Source of the DNA: Xanthobacteraceae bacterium
GTDB lineage: Bacteria; Pseudomonadota; Alphaproteobacteria; Rhizobiales; Xanthobacteraceae
Direction of reading: 5' to 3'
Assembly (NCBI GenBank): GCA_035509535.1
Contig: DATJLN010000102.1
Location: forward strand, 2,420-66,419
Length of the DNA: 64,000 bases
Part shown: piece after piece, positions 58,846 through 64,000 of the stretch
How positions within the stretch are numbered: the first letter of the stretch is position 1
How the letters are laid out: every line of letters begins with the position of its first letter
Notes under the pieces: generated by a model
Seen by the model: only the letters and a program-made list of their open reading frames with translations
Databases searched by the model: none
Told to the model about the DNA's origin: nothing
Made by a program: the position numbers and the translations under genes

Positions 58846-59598
58846 TTATGGCCGCTTGGACAGGAAGTCGAGGACACCGTTCTTGTAGGTCCGATCGCCG
58901 ACCGCAAGCATGTGGTCGCGGCCGGGAATGACCAGCGCCTGGGCGCCGGGGATGAGAGCGGCCAACCCTTCCGGCGAGCCGGCGATCGGATCGGTGCCGC
59001 CGACCGCGACCATCAGCGGGACGGCAATCTGGCCGACCTGCTCGCGGCTCAGCATCTGCCGCGAGCCGCGCAGGCAGGCGGCGAGCGCACGCAGATCTGA
59101 TTTGGTCTGTTCCGCGAACGCACGAAACAGATACGCGGTCGGGTCGGCGATCGGCGTGCCCGCAGGGGCCTCCAACGCGTCGGCGATCGTGTCCGGCAGC
59201 CCGACCCCTTCGACCAGCCGCATGCCGAGCCCGCCGAGCACGGCCGAGCGCGTGCGCTCGGGATGCGCCAGCGCGAGAAACGCCGTGTTGCGGGCGCCCA
59301 TCGAGTAGCCCATCACGTCCGCACGTTCGAAACCGAGGTGTTCGATCAAGCCGCGAACGTCCTCGGCCATAACGGACGAGTGATAAGCGGCGGGATCGTA
59401 GAGCTTGGTCGATTGGCCGTGGCCGCGATTGTCGAGCGCGATGACGCGCCGCCCGGCGCGGGTGAGCGTCGACACCCAGCCGGGCGCGACCCAATTCACT
59501 TCCTTGTTGGACGCGAAACCATGGACGAGCACGATCGGCTCGCCTTCGCCTTCGTCGAGATAAGCAATCTCTACGCCGTCACGGGCAAAACTCGGCAT
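58846..59598 (-). CDS. Alpha/beta hydrolase fold protein
   Basis: ORF 58846..59649; ATG at 59598. VLVHGF (oxyanion), GYSMGA (nucleophile elbow) and a C-terminal GRDHM (His). Confidence 0.85.
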   Translation of the reverse strand: MPSFARDGVEIAYLDEGEGEPIVLVHGFASNKEVNWVAPGWVSTLTRAGRRVIALDNRGHGQSTKLYDPAAYHSSVMAEDVRGLIEHLGFERADVMGYSMGARNTAFLALAHPERTRSAVLGGLGMRLVEGVGLPDTIADALEAPAGTPIADPTAYLFRAFAEQTKSDLRALAACLRGSRQMLSREQVGQIAVPLMVAVGGTDPIAGSPEGLAALIPGAQALVIPGRDHMLAVGDRTYKNGVLDFLSKRP

Positions 59599-59664
59599 GT
59601 CGCGGCCTTCAGAGAGGAATTTCTTTCGGATGGAACAAGGCCGCGACAAAGCACGTAGACGCGT

Positions 59665-60702
59665 TTACCGCAACAGGACCGGCTGCAGGGCGAGCTCGGC
59701 ACGGGCGAGACGCAACTTGCGCCGCTGCAAGTGGCGCAACGTCAGCCGCTCGACCGCGGCCTTGCATGACGAGCAGAAGCCGAACAGCGCCAGCGCCGCC
59801 CAGAAGATCCACAGCGTCAGGTCGAGGGCGCTCGCCGTGAGAATAATGGCGCCGCGGCCGAGCAGTTTGACGATGGCGCGGGTCTTGCCGCCCTTGGCGG
59901 CAGATAGCCGCGCCAGACGCGACACGTCTGCCGGCTCCTCCGCGATGGCGAGACCGTCGAGCGCCGCCTGTGCGCCGGCTTTGCTCTCGATGCGCCCGGT
60001 ATTCTCGGCGAGCTCGACCAGGCCGCCGGCGCTTTCAACCTTGATCGCCTCGCGCGCCGCGCGCACCGCCAGGACCGGGTTCAAGCGGCCGGTGCGCTTG
60101 GCGGCTTTGATGACGGAGAGACCCAGCCGCTCCGGCGCGCTGGCGCCGAGCGAGGCATAGGTCGCCGCCGTGATGCCGATGCCGACACCGGCGAGACCCA
60201 AAATCCACGGATCGTATTTCTGGCCGGTGAGATAGCGCGCGCCCTCACGTGTCGCGTCGCGAATATCGCCGAAGACGAAAAGGTCGCCGACCGCGGTGCC
60301 GGCGAGGCTCGCAAGATCAGTCGGTTCGCCGGTCCACAGGCCACGCACGAAGCGCCCGGCGGTATTGGTCACCGTGCCGTGCTTGGCGGCAGCGTCGTTG
60401 ACCGCCGCGGTCAAAGCCGGTTCGACCGGCACCGCGCGGTCGGCCGCGAGCGCGACAAAGCTTTGCGCGAGATCGATATCGTCGGCGGCGAGCGCCGCGC
60501 GGATCTCACGCTCGGCGACGTCGCGATCGAAGCTGCGATCAAGGGCCCGATCGGCGATTTTCACCGGATCCGCCGCGGTCGCTGCGAATTGCGCGCGCGC
60601 CGTCAACCCGCCGCGGACGACGACCACAGCGGTGACTGCAAACGACGCAGCCACGGCGAGCGCGAGCAGCGGGTGGCGCAGGCTTTGAACGATCCGTCTC
60701 AT
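59665..60702 (-). CDS. Conserved hypothetical membrane protein
   Basis: 345 aa with an N-terminal TM, a central TM (WILGLAGVGIGITAATYASLG) and a C-terminal TM (LTLWIFWAALALFGFC). No family recognised. Confidence 0.55.
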   Translation of the reverse strand: MRRIVQSLRHPLLALAVAASFAVTAVVVVRGGLTARAQFAATAADPVKIADRALDRSFDRDVAEREIRAALAADDIDLAQSFVALAADRAVPVEPALTAAVNDAAAKHGTVTNTAGRFVRGLWTGEPTDLASLAGTAVGDLFVFGDIRDATREGARYLTGQKYDPWILGLAGVGIGITAATYASLGASAPERLGLSVIKAAKRTGRLNPVLAVRAAREAIKVESAGGLVELAENTGRIESKAGAQAALDGLAIAEEPADVSRLARLSAAKGGKTRAIVKLLGRGAIILTASALDLTLWIFWAALALFGFCSSCKAAVERLTLRHLQRRKLRLARAELALQPVLLR

Positions 60703-60918
60703 CTCGCGGTCCGAATTCGACAGGCGCCGCTATAAATGGCCGCTTTGATTGTCGTTATCCAGGGTAGCAATGGGCGAAATTTGCGGCTTTTTGGCAACAA
60801 AGCCCAATCCCTTGCTGGCGTTCGCCAAAGAGGGCCGTTATGGTGCCGGCGGCCGGAGCTAAGCCCGGAATCAAGGCACCGCGCCCCCAACGGGGCACCA
60901 GTCGGAAACCGAGAACAG

Positions 60919-61161
60919 ATGACCGATTCGGTAGTCCCGCATTTCCACAACGATATCGGCGTCGCGATCATCGAGATCGGCGCCACGGAATTCATGTGCG
61001 TCGGCGCCAAGCCGCCGTTCGATCATCCACATGTCTATTGCGACATGGGCGACGATACCGAATACATCTGTCCCTATTGCTCGACGCTCTATCGCCACGA
61101 CCCCAAGCTTGCGCCCAATCAAGCGCGGCCGGCGGAATGCGCCTTGACCGAACTCGTCTAA
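60919..61161 (+). CDS. Zinc-finger (zf-CHCC, NDUFS6-like) domain protein
   Basis: ORF 60736..61161; ATG at 60919. FMCVGAKPPFDHPHVYCDMG.....ICPYCSTLY is the zf-CHCC pattern. Confidence 0.75.
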   Translation: MTDSVVPHFHNDIGVAIIEIGATEFMCVGAKPPFDHPHVYCDMGDDTEYICPYCSTLYRHDPKLAPNQARPAECALTELV

Positions 61162-61171
61162 CGTTAATGCC

Positions 61172-62383
61172 GTGACGTCCTCGCGCACCGTCATCATCGC
61201 CGGTGCCGGCATCGGCGGATTGACAGCGGCGCTTGCGCTCGAGCGCTGCGGCTTTCGCGTCATTGTCTTCGAACAGGCCGAACGGCTGCAGGAAACCGGC
61301 GCCGGCATCCAGCTCTCGCCCAACGCGGCGCGTCTCTTGATCGACCTTGGTCTCGGTGACCGCCTGCGGCCGCATGTCGTGACGCCGCAGGCGGTGCGTG
61401 TGCTCCGTGCCAAGAACGGACGCGAGATCGTGCGCATCCCGCTCGCCGAGGCCGCCGCGCAGCGCTATGGCGCGCCGTACTGGATCATTCACCGCGGCGA
61501 TCTGCAGGCGGCGCTCGGCGCGGCCGTCATGCCGCACGTCGATATTTCGCTCAAGCTCGGCATGCGCGTGGAAGATTTCGCCGCGCATCCGCACGGCGTC
61601 ACCGTCTCGGTGCGCAGTTCAACGGGAGCGTGGAACGAACACGGCGTTGCGCTGATCGCTGCCGACGGGCTGTGGTCGGTGGCGCGCGCACGGCTCGGCT
61701 TCGGCGAGCCGCCGCGTTTTTCGGGGCGCGTGGCCTGGCGCGCGCTGGTGCCGGCTGCCGACGTGCCGCCCGAATTCCGCGAGCCCTTGATCCATCTGTG
61801 GCTCGGGCCCGATGCGCATCTGGTGCACTATCCGGTCAAGGGCGGCAAAGTCATCAATATCGTCGTCATCACCACCGACGGCTGGAATGGTGAAGGCTGG
61901 AGCGAGCCGGCCAGCCGCGCCGATCTGTTGCCCCGGCTGACCGCAGCCCGCTGGGCGCCGCAGGCGCGCGCCCTCATTCGGCTGCCCGACGCCTGGCTCA
62001 AATGGGCGCTGTTCGAACGCCGCCCGCTGCTGAGCTTCGCGCAAGACGCGGTGGCGCTGCTTGGGGACGCCGCGCACCCGATGTTGCCATTCCTCGCCCA
62101 AGGCGGCGCCATGGCGATCGAAGACGCCGTCGTCGCGGCACAATGTCTCGCCCGCCGGCCCGGCGATGCGCCGGCGGCGCTGAAAACCTACAGCGCGATC
62201 CGGCGCGGGCGCACCCGGCGGGTGCAGCGGCAGGCCGCCCGCAACGGGCAGCACTATCACCTGCAAGGTGTGTCGGCTATGTTGCGCAACGCGGCGATGG
62301 GCGTCATGGGCGGCCAGCATCTCCTCGGCCACTACGACTGGCTCTACGACTGGCGGCCGCCGGCCGACTTGTCGATCGCCTGA
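61172..62383 (+). CDS. FAD-dependent aromatic-ring monooxygenase (salicylate hydroxylase/UbiH-like)
   Basis: VIIAGAGIGGLTAALAL (GxGxxG), plus LLGDAAHPMLPFLAQGGAMAIEDA (DG/GD motifs). Confidence 0.85.
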   Translation: MTSSRTVIIAGAGIGGLTAALALERCGFRVIVFEQAERLQETGAGIQLSPNAARLLIDLGLGDRLRPHVVTPQAVRVLRAKNGREIVRIPLAEAAAQRYGAPYWIIHRGDLQAALGAAVMPHVDISLKLGMRVEDFAAHPHGVTVSVRSSTGAWNEHGVALIAADGLWSVARARLGFGEPPRFSGRVAWRALVPAADVPPEFREPLIHLWLGPDAHLVHYPVKGGKVINIVVITTDGWNGEGWSEPASRADLLPRLTAARWAPQARALIRLPDAWLKWALFERRPLLSFAQDAVALLGDAAHPMLPFLAQGGAMAIEDAVVAAQCLARRPGDAPAALKTYSAIRRGRTRRVQRQAARNGQHYHLQGVSAMLRNAAMGVMGGQHLLGHYDWLYDWRPPADLSIA

Positions 62384-62434
62384 CGATACGACGCAAGACC
62401 GTAACAAGACCGTAAAAAGTAATCGGCCGCTGCG

Positions 62435-63472
62435 ATGACGTCTTCGACGACACTCTTTCCGACGACGATTGCCGGCAGCCTGCCGAAGCCGGCCTGGCTC
62501 GCCGAACCGAACAAGCTGTGGGCGCCGTGGCGGCTCAAGGGCGACGAGCTCGCAACCGCCAAGGACGACGCGACGCTGCTCGCGGTCAAGCTGCAAGAAG
62601 ATGCCGGCATCGACATCGTCGGCGACGGCGAACAGTCGCGGCAGCATTTCGTGCACGGTTTTCTCGAAGCGGTCGAGGGCATCGATTTCGACAAGCGCGT
62701 CGAGATGGGCATCCGCAACGACCGCTACAAGGCGATGTGCCCGACGGTCACCGGACCGCTGCGGCTGCGCGCACGGGTGCATGCGCGCGAGGCACGGCTT
62801 GCCCGCGCGCACACCACGCGCAAGCTCAAATTCACGTTACCGGGGCCGATGACGATCGTCGACACCATCGCCGACGCGCATTACGGCGATCGGGTAAAAC
62901 TCGCGATGGCTTTCGCGGTTCTTCTCAACGAAGAAGCGCGCGGGCTCGCCGCCGACGGCGTCGACGTGATCCAGTTCGACGAGCCGGCCTTCAATGTCTA
63001 CATGGATGCGGCGGCGACCTGGGGGATCGAGGCGCTGCATCGCGCGCTCGACGGCGTTCACTGCGCCAGCGCCGTGCACATCTGCTACGGCTACGGCATT
63101 CCCGCCAATATCGAGTGGAAGGCGGCGCTCGGCAGCGAATGGCGGCAATACGAGAAATTCTTCCCGGCGCTGGCGAAAAGCCGCATCGATCAAGTGTCGG
63201 TCGAGTGCATCCATTCGCACGTGCCGATGAGCGTGCTCGGACTGCTTGACGGCAAAGACGTACAGGTCGGCGTCATCGATGTCGCGACCGATGTAGTCGA
63301 AACGCCCGAGGAAGTTGCCGCGGTGATCAATGAAGCAGCAAAGCATATTCCTGCGCAAAAAATTATCGCTGGGACCAATTGCGGGATGGCGCCCATGCGC
63401 CGCGAAATCGCCGCATTGAAGCTCGAAGCACTCGCGCGGGGCGCGGCGCTGGCCCGCACGGGCAAATACTGA
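62435..63472 (+). CDS. Cobalamin-independent methionine synthase family protein (MetE C-terminal-domain-only type)
   Basis: 345 aa. PTTIAGSLPKP, DGEQSRQHFV, IQFDEPA, HICYGYG and GTNCGMAP are Meth_synt_2 motifs. Confidence 0.8.
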   Translation: MTSSTTLFPTTIAGSLPKPAWLAEPNKLWAPWRLKGDELATAKDDATLLAVKLQEDAGIDIVGDGEQSRQHFVHGFLEAVEGIDFDKRVEMGIRNDRYKAMCPTVTGPLRLRARVHAREARLARAHTTRKLKFTLPGPMTIVDTIADAHYGDRVKLAMAFAVLLNEEARGLAADGVDVIQFDEPAFNVYMDAAATWGIEALHRALDGVHCASAVHICYGYGIPANIEWKAALGSEWRQYEKFFPALAKSRIDQVSVECIHSHVPMSVLGLLDGKDVQVGVIDVATDVVETPEEVAAVINEAAKHIPAQKIIAGTNCGMAPMRREIAALKLEALARGAALARTGKY

Positions 63473-63580
63473 CCCTTCCTGCGCGGCGTTGGAAATTCTC
63501 AACCTTAAGGAAAGTTCGGGATGCGCTCGGATCCCGTCGGGTAGCTTTTCCTTAAAGTTTAGCGGATTGGATGGAATCAC

Positions 63581-63829
63581 TTGAAAAAGGGAAGCGCAAT
63601 GCAAGTGCCTTATGTTACCACCGTGTCTTTCGCCGACCGCGACGGCGTGACGGTGTTTCTGCAATACGGTGTCGCCGCTCCGAGCGAGCACGAGGCGCGC
63701 AGCGAATTGCAGCGGCGCTTGATCAACCAGGAAATCTACAACTATTCCATTTCGGAAATCCGGCCGGCGACTTCGCGCGAGGCGCAGGAGCTGAATCTCT
63801 CCGCCGGCAGCATCATCCTGCTGAACTGA
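63581..63829 (+). CDS. Hypothetical small protein
   Basis: 82 aa (an alternative ATG lies at 63599). Composition is normal and no family is recognised. Confidence 0.4.
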   Translation: MKKGSAMQVPYVTTVSFADRDGVTVFLQYGVAAPSEHEARSELQRRLINQEIYNYSISEIRPATSREAQELNLSAGSIILLN

Positions 63830-63857
63830 GCGGACACCGGTCCGCCGTCTGCGCCGA

Positions 63858-64000
63858 TCACATCATCCCCATCGGACCCCAGAACAGCTGGTCTGCGGCC
63901 TGCTTCTGTGTGTCGTTCAGCGCCGCATAGAGCGGCTTCAACGCCTTGTTCATGGCGCGCACGGCATCGAGCTGCGCAGCCATCAGCTGCTCGTTCTCAT
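63858..64000 (-). CDS. Spy/CpxP-family (LTXXQ-motif) periplasmic protein, C-terminal fragment truncated by the window edge
   Basis: Hand translation of the minus strand gives ...ENEQLMAAQLDAVRAMNKALKPLYAALNDTQKQAADQLFWGPMGMM, ending at the stop 63858..63860. LNDTQKQ fits the LTXXQ repeat of this family. Confidence 0.55.
   Translation of the reverse strand, partial: ENEQLMAAQLDAVRAMNKALKPLYAALNDTQKQAADQLFWGPMGMM

Overview
This is a high-GC, densely coding chromosomal window. By gene content it looks alphaproteobacterial (Hyphomicrobiales/Rhizobiales-like): DUF992, DUF3126 next to cysE, an HWE histidine kinase, a Bug/TctC receptor, and a PAS-PilZ-BTLCP trio. I can support about 70 protein genes. 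I found no rRNA, tRNA, CRISPR array, transposase or integrase.

Housekeeping genes recognised by motif:
- thrS, folE, hisI, cysE and yidD
- an IscU-like scaffold
- a four-gene branched-chain-amino-acid-type ABC operon
- an RND pump with its adaptor

Recognisable modules:
- TerC, a P-type ATPase, DedA and Usp in one co-directional block
- ArsR with an SRPBCC protein
- IclR facing a MetE-like enzyme and a TctC receptor
- a BigR/SqrR-type persulfide locus: an MBL dioxygenase facing an ArsR-type sensor, a rhodanese-DUF2892 protein and TauE
- PAS_5, PilZ and a periplasmic transglutaminase-like cysteine peptidase

No clear-cut new multi-gene system (for example a defence or RiPP cluster) can be demonstrated by eye. 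The most unusual signals are:
1. A highly structured, terminator-capped candidate leader or sRNA upstream of the rhomboid protease gene. It carries three tandem ACUUG-loop hairpins.
2. The functionally unexplained PAS_5-PilZ-BTLCP trio, whose peptidase gene has its own AT-rich upstream region.
3. A near-identical TolB-like/TPR sensor module attached to two different outputs, a nucleotide cyclase and a winged-helix DNA-binding domain. The two genes flank an AT-richer islet with two small orphan genes.
4. An IclR-controlled pair: an uncharacterised MetE/UROD-like zinc enzyme and an orphan TctC receptor.
5. A thrS leader hairpin displaying a UGU triplet.

All family calls come from motif recognition in the supplied translations. 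No database search was run. Many start codons were re-picked from Shine-Dalgarno (SD) context and are provisional.
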